61,057 nucleotides of DNA from Obrimoposthia wandeli. Taxonomy: Eukaryota. The notes under the pieces were generated by a model, which searched no databases, was not told the origin of the DNA, and saw only the letters and a program-made list of their open reading frames with translations. Of the stretch, positions 12,727 to 23,186 are shown in pieces; position 1 is the first letter of the stretch; every line of letters starts with the position of its first letter. The DNA is taken from NCBI GenBank assembly GCA_977020255.1, contig CDROCS010001093.1, positions 124,001 to 185,057 on the forward strand, written 5' to 3'. The position numbers and the translations under genes are program-made.

Positions 12727-13477
12727 CACCACCAACACTACACCCCACAACATCACACCACACCACACTTAACACAACACCACACCACACCAAACCACAC
12801 CACACNNNNNNNNNNNNNNNNNNNNNNNNNNNNNNNNNNNNNNNNNNNNNNNNNNNNNNNNNNNNNNNNNNNNNNNNNNNNNNNNNNNNNNNNNNNNNNN
12901 NNNNNNNNNNNNNNNNNNNNNNNNNNNNNNNNNNNNNNNNNNNNNNNNNNNNNNNNNNNNNNNNNNNNNNNNNNNNNNNNNNNNNNNNNNNNNNNNNNNN
13001 NNNNNNNNNNNNNNNNNNNNNNNNNNNNNNNNNNNNNNNNNNNNNNNNNNNNNNNNNNNNNNNNNNNNNNNNNNNNNNNNNNNNNNNNNNNNNNNNNNNN
13101 NNNNNNNNNNNNNNNNNNNNNNNNNNNNNNNNNNNNNNNNNNNNNNNNNNNNNNNNNNNNNNNNNNNNNNNNNNNNNNNNNNNNNNNNNNNNNNNNNNNN
13201 NNNNNNNNNNNNNNNNNNNNNNNNNNNNNNNNNNNNNNNNNNNNNNNNNNNNNNNNNNNNNNNNNNNNNNNNNNNNNNACCACATCACACCACACCACAT
13301 CACACCATACCACANNNNNNNNNNNNNNNNNNNNNNNNNNNNNNNNNNNNNNNNNNNNNNNNNNNNNNNNNNNNNNNNNNNNNNNNNNNNNNNNNNNNNN
13401 NNNNNNNNNNNNNNNNNNNNNNNNNNNNNNNNNNNNNNNNNNNNNNNNNNNNNNNNNNNNNNNNNNNNNNNNNNNNN
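12727..13477 (+). repeat. (CACAC/ACACC)n pentamer-like microsatellite, mostly N-masked or gapped
   Basis: CACCACAC-type repeats flank the N runs at 12806-13278 and 13315-13477. Confidence 0.8.
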
Positions 13478-13481
13478 CTCC

Positions 13482-13770
13482 GCCCGCCCCGTAGGGGCGG
13501 GCTCCATTCTCGCGAAAATAACTACAAAAACATGCGCTACAGTATCACTTTACCTCTCACAACTACAAATGTAAACGACCCGTGTCATACCCAAGACCTT
13601 AACATACACCACCCTCACCTTCGGGGCGGGCTTCATTCTTGATCTACAGTCACGAAAAAACATTACAAAAAATAAATTATTTGAATAAGAGGCTCTCATT
13701 GGACAATAAAAGAGGGTTAGTAAGATGTTTGTGTATATAAAGACACCTCCGTTCATTATTTTTCATAAAT
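13482..13770 (+). promoter_or_regulatory. Putative RNA polymerase II promoter of gene 1
   Basis: GGGGCGGGCT(C/T)CATTCT occurs twice (13494, 13623). ATTGG (reverse CCAAT) is at 13698, TATATAAAG at 13734 and an Inr-like TTCAT about 30 nt later. The block 13672-13702 is conserved in copy B (about 6285-6316). Confidence 0.6.
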
Positions 13771-13775
13771 CAACA

Positions 13776-15590
13776 ATGCCATTCTACAACAACGTTGACC
13801 TAGACGAAGAGACGGTGGTTCAACTCTATGGGGATCTCTCTCCAGTGCAGCAGCAAACGCCACCACCGTCGCAATACATTGACTTAGATAGTCAAGAGTC
13901 ATCGGTGGTGAGCGAAGGAGAAGCAGCAGCAAGAGCGAACCTGTTACAAGAAGAAGCCTCATTGGCCAGCTCAACTCCAAGAGAAGAACCAATGGACGTG
14001 AGAGGTGGGGTACAGAGATCCCAATATATTGACCTGACAAGTCAGGATTCGATAGAGAATTGGGAAGACTGTACTCCCAGACAAAACACAAAACCCAATC
14101 GTCCGGCAACTTCAGCAGTAGCAGCAGGGAGATCCAATCTCTTCCAGAATTTTGAGGCGGCAATCAAATGCCCCTGGAAATTGATCCCGCTGTCTCAGCC
14201 GGAGAAAGTCCTCGCACCAGACTCAGACGAGGAGCTGTTCACCGATGATGTACCTTCAGATGGGGAGGAGGACTTGACTCTATTCACTGACGAATGGATA
14301 CAGCCAAGTATCGGAGCCCCAGGAGCCAACGAATCGATGGTAGCAGAATTGGACGAGGACGAGTGGCACCTGTTCACCGACGATTGGGATGGGCTCACTC
14401 CCTCTGCTACTCCGAAAGCAGATAATACAATGCCTGAACCATTCAAAAGGCCAAAATCTCCTGTTAGGAGAATAAAACCGACGAATGAGGTTAGACATAA
14501 TTTATTTTAAATGTTTTTTAATTTCATTTTCAGAAACTTCAACTGGATTTGGCACCGTCAGTGACCATGACGGAGAGGCTGATTGAACCGCAATACTTGG
14601 CGAGTCAATGCAGCCAGGAGCTGCCAAGGAGTCAGCTCCGATACCTAGCGTCTCCAGATAATTTTAAGGTAATTTATTTAGATATTAAATTTAATAATTC
14701 ACATAGATGGAGAACATCCACGAAGAGGCGACGCCTATTCAACCGGTGGATAGGAAGCAAACGGTAGTTAAGAAACCGCAACGCCATCGGGTCAAAACCC
14801 TCACTCGGAAGAAAGCCAAGTTGGTGAAAAAGGCTAACCTGCCCATCATTGAGGTAAATTATTTATATGTTTAAATTTTATTAATATTCTGCAGGAACCC
14901 GTCCAGATATTTGAGGAGACTTGGGGAGAAATTACTCCTTTCTCGCGGAAACGGACGAAGAAGGCAGAGGTGAAGAAGACGAGGCGCTCGAGAAAATGTA
15001 AAACCTCAATTGGTCATTATTCTGAGGCGATGATTGGCCAGCAGGAGATTCTCCCATCTCCAGTGGACGATGGTCCAATTTTATACGAGAGGATCTCAGT
15101 CTCACCGATCGAGATAAGTCCGCAATCAAGTCAACGACGCCTGCATGAGTCTGCTTCTCCTCATCCAACAACCAGCCAGAACTTAAAGAGGGCCTGGGAT
15201 GAAGCTGGATTGGACAAATTCCTGGCGGAACAGGATTCACCGGCAATGCTTCCAGATTCGTGAGGGCAACAGGATGCCGTCTCACGCCAGCTTCAGCGTG
15301 AGAAGGAGGAGAAAAAGAAGAAAGCTCTGCGGAAGAGGAAGAGGACTTCTACGTCGGAACCATCAACATCGACTGCACATCCTTCCAAAAAGTTGCGGCA
15401 ATTATTGCCAAAACCTGAGGGAAGGACAATTGCTACAAAGCAACCGGTGAAACCGAAAAAGAAACCGGGCCGGCCAAAGAAGGAACCAGTACCGCTTTCT
15501 CCTATAATACTTAGTCGCAGGGATTTCGATCCGGATGATCCCAATGATGACTTCGTAAAAATGTTTAAAAATATAATTTATAAAAATTAG
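13776..15590 (+). pseudogene. Polinton gene 1: 4-exon, about 563-aa low-complexity protein (SIM-like YIDL motifs, acidic FTDD/W motifs, basic NLS, AT-hook-like KKPGRPKK); one premature TGA
   Basis: join(13776..14489,14534..14668,14707..14853,14895..15590). Three GT-AG phase-0 introns of 44, 38 and 41 nt keep one frame. There is an in-frame TGA at 15261-15263. Introns 1 and 2 are conserved in copy D. Confidence 0.85.
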
Positions 15591-15792
15591 TTTCATATGT
15601 TTTCTTCTTAATATTTATTTTTTTAAAAATTTTAAATGTAGAAATACTATCTTTAAGTTTATTTGCAATGATAAGTTATAGATTTATTAAACACTCATTT
15701 GATAAATAAAAATATATCATTTAATTGGATTAAAAAATATCTTAAATTTATATATATAGGTTCAAATTTATTAACCTCTTCATAATTAAAAA

Positions 15793-16155
15793 ATGGAATT
15801 CATTAAAATGAAGAGTCTGGTGACGAAGATTGAAGCAAACATCAGAATAAATGAGAAGAAAGGGGACTTAAGAAAGAGGGTCCTCAATCAAAATTTGTAT
15901 ACTGCTGTCGCGACAGAGTGGAATCATCGGGTGGAGATACAGGATAGGAGGCTAGCAGAACGCCGTCGAATCGTGGAGTGGAATAAGAAGATCGAATTGG
16001 AAAAAAGGAAGGTGGATGAAAAAAGAAGAGAAGAGATGGAGGATGTTCGGCGAGCAGCAAGAAAGAGAATCCTCCAGATTAAACCGGAAGAGGGTCCTTC
16101 TACAAAAAAATTAATTTTTGATTATTATTTTGTCTTTATTGATTATGTTACATAG
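15793..16155 (+). CDS. Hypothetical charged coiled-coil protein of the Polinton
   Basis: 120-aa ORF rich in E/K/R (RRLAERRRIVEWNKKIELEKRKVDEKRREE), in GC-richer coding-like sequence. The AT-rich tail may be a degenerate intron. Confidence 0.65.
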   Translation: MEFIKMKSLVTKIEANIRINEKKGDLRKRVLNQNLYTAVATEWNHRVEIQDRRLAERRRIVEWNKKIELEKRKVDEKRREEMEDVRRAARKRILQIKPEEGPSTKKLIFDYYFVFIDYVT

Positions 16156-16235
16156 GAGAATTGACAAAATATACCAATCTTAACATGAAAGTACTTCGTT
16201 ATAAACAACGGGATTTGCTGCAAATTTAGATAATT

Positions 16236-16725
16236 ATGCAGGAATATATCATAGATTGTGAGGCTTTCATTAACAAAAATGGGGATTATATTATAAAAGA
16301 ATTATGTATTATGGATGTATGCGACGTTTTTTCATCCATTACATTACATATTTCAAATAGATATCCCGTTTAAAAGTTTAGATTATAAGAAAGAAATTAC
16401 TAATTTATATCTAACTAATTACTTTTATTTATTAAAATGGAAAGAAGGACATAAGGCTTTTTGTGAAATATGTATTTTCGATACAATAAAATCTAATTTT
16501 GATATAGAAAATGGAATTTTTTATGTTTTAGATGAAATGGATGGCAAAAAATATAAGACTTTAAAAAAATATTTTCCTAAATTGAGGTTGAATACTTTAA
16601 ATATTTCACGTGATCATCTATTAAAAATTCCACGAAATATTTGCTGTCCATATCGTAATCATGGTGACCATTGCGCATATAAAAAATGTTTAAGTCTTTC
16701 TTATTATTACTTGACATGTAGATAA
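16236..16725 (+). pseudogene. DEDD/DnaQ-like exonuclease-domain protein with a +1 frameshift
   Basis: ATG 16236 reads MQEYIIDCEAFINKNGDYIIKELCIMDVCDVF. Removing one T from the T-run near 16328 joins it to HPLHYIFQ...NLYLTNYFYLLKWKEG...CPYRNHGDHCAYKKC. DxE..F..KEL..HYIF..WxxG is a pattern I recognise from animal Maverick accessory ORFs. Confidence 0.65.
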
Positions 16726-16926
16726 ACAATTCTTCTAATTCATAATTTTCATTCAATTACAATTAAATCTTTTGATTGGAGGAATAAAAAAATATTTTTT
16801 TCGACCATTTAACAGATAAACAATCCTTTTCAATTTTTTTAATCCAATAGGAAAAGAGCATGTGTGCATAAATTTTAGTATATAAGCAAACACTTTCTTC
16901 ATTTAAATTCCCGACTATTTGAAATA

Positions 16927-19900
16927 ATGCCTATGGTAAGAATCTATATTTATTATTTCCTTATTAATATTTATTATTTCAGATTACGTGTAACCTATTC
17001 CCTGCATATTGTGGTGCTTCGGCTCCGCATGGAGGAGAGACCTGCATGGAGACAATGTCTGCATACTATCGGACAAAGTCTCGCGGGCTTCACTTCTTTG
17101 TCTGCCCATTCTGCAGAACAATAGAGGAGAAGGAGTTTCGAGACTTCTTCGGTGAACATCGAGCTCATCTATCGTGTTTCACGGCCAACAACAAGAAGAG
17201 GGATATCATGCAATTGGTGCGCGATTCGCAGGCCGCTCCTGCTCCAATTCCAGTTGCAGTCGATCAACCCTTTTACGGTCCTGCGATTGATCTCCAGGCT
17301 CCTGATTCTGACCCATCCACTCAAATGTCTAACAATGAGTGGATGAATGACATATCCCAGTCAGATTTCGAGATAGAGCAGTGGAGCAATAACTCATGGT
17401 TGGAGACCATCGAGGAATCCGATTTCGTCGAGATGTCGGACGACAGCTGGATGGATTTCGTCAATGAAGAGGACTTCATTCCAGCTCAACTTGGATTGCC
17501 TTCATTAGGTATTTTTTATTATTATTTTTAAATTATATATTTTATTTTTTATTATATATATATATATATATATATTTATTTTTTATTCAGGAAGTACCAT
17601 GATACAGCCGTCATCCGATAGGACAGCTATGCCTCCCCCATCTCGAGTGCCTATATCGATTTTAGCACGCATTAGAGGTAATTTTTAAAAATATATTTAT
17701 TTTTTATTATATTTATTTCAGCAGCACTAACCTCTACAACAGCCGCTTCTTCATCGGCAAGGTCAGATTCAAATTCAGCCTCTACATCTGCGGCAGCATC
17801 TATTCCAGCAGCATCGTCTACACCAGCTGCGATTGCCTCAACATCGGCAACATGTCCAATAGCAGCACCTTCAATCTCAGCTGCGTTTGTGTCAACTGCT
17901 AATATAAATAGTTGTCTTCCCGTTCAATTAGGGGGAGGTTTGTCAGCGACAAACGGAAGAAAGAGGCGAGGCCAATTTCTTAATAAGGTCCCACCAAAAA
18001 AACGTAGAGAAAACGGTGCTACTATAGAGTATCACCTAAATAATAAATATGTTATAGTTAAGGTGCCATTAGGAAATGAAATTTTATTAAACGTAGGTGT
18101 AGATTCAAATATTGAAAATCTTTTAAAATCAGAAGTGACTAAATTAGGACAGGCTAAGGTTCAATTTTGTGCAACAGTGCAGTTTAAAAATGTCAATGAG
18201 GAAACTAAAACTTGGGTAATTTCACATAAAGCAACTGTTTTCTATGATAATTTTGTAACTGAAATTGGAAGAAACCTAGATGAAAAAATTGCTAATTATA
18301 GCGAGTTAAGTAGTGAATGGAATCTAGTTAGAATTCACGATGTTAGCTTTGTTCTAACAAAGTTCACTGACATGATATATCTTTCGGGGAGTTCATACAT
18401 TCCTTCACCTAGATCTCTTCAACTTTCACGTTCCATTGTTAACATACAAAACAGTGATAACATTTGCTTTCTGTATAGCGTGTTGGCCATCCTCAAAAGG
18501 GATGTAATTACTGAACATAGAGAGCGTGTCAGTAAATATACCCCTTTTTTAAATGAATTGCAGTATCATGGAATAGATTTTCCTGTTAAATTAACTGCGA
18601 TATCAAGATTTGAACATCTTAATAACTTGAGTATTAATGTATTCAAATATAATACTGATATCCCAGTTAATGTAACAGATGAAAAAATATTTAAAAATCC
18701 TTTTGTAGATGTAATTTATAGGAGCAAAAATGAGGGGACTCAGGTCAACTTAATTTTTCTCGAACAGAATAATAAATTCCATTATGCTGCAATTCCCAGT
18801 TTAGATCGTCTTCTAAATTTAGATAATGGAGCCTTACCGGTTAGGATAAGGTGTAAGTGGTGTCATAGATGTTTGCATGGGTTCCGATCCGAGCTCTTTT
18901 ACAGCAAACATCTGACATTATGTTCACTGAATCCTAATGACAATACGTTATACACCATGCCTAAGGATAAGGATTTAAAATTCAGGGATTGGGCAAAATG
19001 CATACCCGTGGAATTCAGGGTGTATGCAGATTTTTAGTCAATTTTAGCATTGCACGACCAGTATGAGAGTATTCTCCTACCGGCTTCGGCAGGACTACTA
19101 TTCTTAGGCCCCAATATTACCCAGTATCATAAATTTTCCGGTCCAAATTGTATTTTAGATTTTATGTTAAAATTAGAGGAATTAGGAACAACAATTGTCA
19201 AACCGTGGTATGATCTCAATGCTCATCAAGCAATGATCATGACAGGCATAGACTGGGTTAATTTTAATTCTTGTAGATTATGTTATTTGTGTGGAACCCA
19301 GTCTAAGTTAGTCAGAGATCACGATCATGTTACGGGGCGATACTTGGGAGCGGCGTGCAACCTTTGTAACCTTGGCCGTCGTCTCCCTAAAAAACCACGC
19401 ATTCCCATCGTGTTTCATAACCTCAAAGGATATGATTTGCATCATATACTTAAATACGCGTTGGGTACATTAAGCTCTTGGGAAATTTCATGTATACCTC
19501 AAACTTCAGAGAAATATTTATCTTTAACTGCATATACTGAATTCTGCAGTTTAAGATTCATAGATTCTCTGCAGTTTTTGAGCGGGTCTTTAAAAAATTT
19601 AACGGCATCTTTAAATGCATGGCCAATCACACAGTCAGTGTTCCCAGCTTCGGTTAACGATAAGGGGATTTTTCCGTATAAATTTGCGAAAACTTTTGCA
19701 GATTTAGAAAATACAACTGAAATCCCACCCATAACTGAATTTGAAAGTGTAAGTCTTCAAGACTATAATGAGGCCCGTACATTTTGGGTGAATAATTGTC
19801 GAAATCTTTTCGAATATATGCTTTATTATATGAAGTTAGACATTTATCTTTTAGCTGATGTTTTTGAGTCCTTTCGTGTAAAGTCTTTAGCAGAAGATGG

Positions 19901-21313
19901 GCTAGATCCCATGCATTTTTTAGTTTATCTGGTCTTTCATGGGCAACAGCTATAAAAACTCTTAAAATTAATATCGAGTTACTGCAAGATCCCGCGATGT
20001 ATCAAATGTATGATTATGGTATACGCGGTGGAATGACTTTTGTCAACAAACATCATGTTGTCAAAAATCAATCCACGGAGATTCTGTACATCGACATTAA
20101 TAATTTGTATGGGTGGACGCTTACTCAACCTCTACCTCATGCCAACTTTAAGTGGGTTTATGATGTGGATCAGTTGAATAAGTTGATGACAGATTTGGCT
20201 TCTGTTGATACAGTTTCATCCGACGTCGGCTATTTGGTTGAGGTGGACATAAAAATCCCTCCCAATGTGCATGATAAATTAGATGATCTTCCAGTAGCGC
20301 CTGTTCATCAATGCCCACCTAATTCAAAGGTTAAGAAATTATTGTTAACCCATGAAGACAAGTTGAATTATGTTGTGCAATGGCGGCTTCTTCAATTCTA
20401 CTTAAAGTTGGGAGCGAAAGTTACTCGAATTCATCGTGCTATAAGCTTCAGTCAAAACTTTGTGTTTAAAGACTATATTGAGAAGAATTCAAGAAAACGT
20501 AATTTGGCCACTAGCAAATTCGATCGGGATTTTTACAAGTTAAAAAGTAATAGCCTCTTTGGAAAAACTGTAGAGGACTTGCGGAAACGTATTTGTCTAC
20601 GGTTTTGCAATGATGAGCGTAAACTAATAACATATACTAGCAAGTACAACTTCAAGCGTAGTTTTACAATTGCAGATGACTTAGTAGCAGTGTTATTAGG
20701 AAAACAGAGTATTTGTCTCGATCGACCGAGTTATATAGGTCAAACGATTTTAGACATTTCTAAACTCAGAATGTATGAGCTTCAATACATAGAATTTGAG
20801 AAATACTGACAAGAATTTAATTGTGAGATCAAAATCGCGGCAGGGGACACTGACCCTTTCTTTTTAGAATGTAGGAATGTTAGTTTAAATAATCAATTAT
20901 TACCGGCAATGTTTAGGGACAACTTACTAGATACCCATAAATATCCCACTAACCATCATCTACACTCTATGAGTTTAAAGGACATTATCGGGAAATTTAA
21001 GGATGAAAGCGAGGGACAGGTTTCGTATGATGATTGTATTTTCCTACGCCCTAAATGCTACAGTTTACATGCATATAATAATACATGTTCAATGAGAGCA
21101 AAGGGTGTGGGAAGAAACAATCTTACACATGAGGCCTACCGGAAAGTTTATGATACTGGGTGTATTGAAAGCGTTGAGCAAACTAGATTTATTTCAAGAG
21201 CCCATAAACTGTATTCCCATAAATCAACCAAAATCGCTTTGAGTAGTAATGACAACAAGCGCTTTTGGGTAGAAAAGAAGGCTAGCCTGGCTTATGGACA
21301 CTTCAGAATTTAA
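16927..21313 (+). pseudogene. POLB: Protein-primed family B DNA polymerase, 4 exons, about 1400 aa when repaired
   Basis: join(16927..16935,16983..17508,17591..17677,17722..21313). Motifs: NSDNICFLYS/KFHYA, YADF(E)S, an endonuclease-VII-like CYLC..RDHDH..G...GAACNLCN, FHNLKGYD, FIDS, KGIFPY, YIDINNLYG, KLKSNSLFGK, GDTD, LRPKCY and RAKGV. Lesions: TAG 19035, a 1-nt deletion in the T-run near 19916-19921, and TGA 20807. Confidence 0.97.
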
Positions 21314-21574
21314 ACGGTTTTTCATTTTTTGATTTTTTTTAGTTACGTTTTTTTAAATTTTAGATCCCTATGGCACCTAGACTCTAACTTATTTGTTATT
21401 TCAATACTTTTTTAGGATGGACCTTATATTTGACATATCTCATTGTGATGTTGTGATTAATAAATGTATTAAAAAAATTTCGTCTTATGTCTTTTATTAT
21501 TTTACCCTTACATTTTTAGAGATTTAAAAAATAATTCAAAATAAAACATTAAAAATATTTATTTTTATAACACA

Positions 21575-21955
21575 CTAATCGTTTTGCAACGATAACCATA
21601 AAATACATAAATGTCCACAGTTTCTCATCGCAGGATCCTGATATTGTATCTTGTTGTAAAATACTCTTCTTCGTCCTTTTTGAATAGTTGAAACAAGTTT
21701 GTGTGGATAGTACATAGCAAGTGGATCAAATACATGTATTGTCCACTTTCTAACATAAATAGCTATCCAATGTTCTCCTGGTAAATTCGAAGTATGAGTA
21801 ATGATAATGTAACCTCCAGATTGAAAAAATGGAATCATATCAATAGGATAAACTCCATTGAATTTATCACCCAGGACCTTCTCTGCCGATTCTTTTACTT
21901 GTTTTGAACTAAATAAAAATTAATAAATATAAATTTAAAGTATGTCTTACTCCAT
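21575..21955 (-). CDS. PRO: Adenain-like (C5) maturation cysteine protease, 2 exons, 112 aa, apparently intact
   Basis: complement(join(21575..21908,21951..21955)). ATG GA|gtaaga...tttag|T TCA AAA gives MDSKQVKESAEKVLGDKFNGVYPIDM..., with catalytic GEHW, VFDP, QYQD and NCGH. Confidence 0.88.
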
Positions 21956-21956
21956 T

Positions 21957-23186
21957 CTATAATATGACAGTTCTGTTTTTATTGATTTGTATTTCCGAAT
22001 CAAATACTCCGTAAATAAGCACCGTAGTAGGATTTGTTAACGCTGCATTGAACTTAATTTCTAGTCGTAAATTTCCATCCTTTGGTAATTGGCATTGGTT
22101 TATATCAAAGTCTGGTGCCAAAACAAATGTGAAGAACGGACAGCTGTTTTTAAAGTCAGTAAAAGAAATACCATTGTTTATATTTTTATCTAGTTAGCCC
22201 AAATTCCGAATAATAGATTGCGTATAAGCCAAAGCATAAGCGTCACCTTCGAAATCTGTTTTATATGTTTCGCGATAATCAGTATTTCTTGAAATTGTCA
22301 CTGAACCTACACTAAGATTGTCAAATTGAGTTGCATCTGTCGTATAATTTCCTAGAAACTTTGCAGTTTTTTGAAAATAAATTAAAATGAATTTCGGTAA
22401 TCTTACATCACCAAATATTTGATCCTTATTAAGAGCTTGTATACCCGTACCTAAAGAATAAGATATAAGTTTAGTTTCTCTAATAGGATAACAAGCATTG
22501 TTTTTTTCTATTCCTATATTATGTGCCATTAAAACTGATTGCTCGGTTTTAACTCTTCGAACATACAATTTTGCATCCAAAATATCAAGTCTAGGTGTTA
22601 GAATGTCCGTGCTTATCAAAGAAAAATTCCATTTATTACGTTTCAAACGAAGATGTACATTAACACCGGGAATTAAATATTTCGGTTGTTCAACGAAATT
22701 CAATCTCAAAGACCCACACATTTCGTAAGCTTTAGAACCTGCAATCCATTCTTTGCGAGTTGCAACAGTTTTATCATAACCAATGGTTGCCAAATTAGTA
22801 TTTTGAGTATCAGTACTATAATTCAAAAGACTTTCAATCAAAGCTTTATGAGCATAGGAAGAATTTCCACCTTCAATTTTGACATTATTAAGAGTAACAA
22901 TGGCATCACTAAATAAAGAATTAAAGATATAATTTACAGGTGTTACATCGGCATTTTCATCTAAATTAGTACCATCCCGATTTAATACTTTTATTTGAAC
23001 ATAAAGCAAAGTATCATTCAAATCTAAATACTCGCTATTGGAACCATTAATATTAAATTCTAAATCGGTTAAAGTGGTTCCTGAAACTGAGTTAACTAGG
23101 AATATTTATTCAAAGGAAGCATTATCTACAACTACTTGTGGAAGCGGTTTATCAAAAATACACAATTCAGTTTTGGCGCAACTCAT
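21957..23186 (-). pseudogene. PY: Major capsid protein (double jelly-roll, hexon-like), 409 codons with two in-frame TAA
   Basis: MSCAKTELCIFDKP...SFE*IF...EYLDLNDTLLY...PVNYIFNSLFSD...YAHKALIESLLNYS...NLG*LDK...FTFVLAPD...GNLRLEIKF...IYGVFDSEIQINKNRTVIL*. Stops at 23106-23108 and 22194-22196. Confidence 0.93.

Noticed and set aside
12697-13507. Long ORFs 12697-13494, 12710-13507 and 12753-13313
   Set aside because: They are artefacts of N runs and a pentamer microsatellite.
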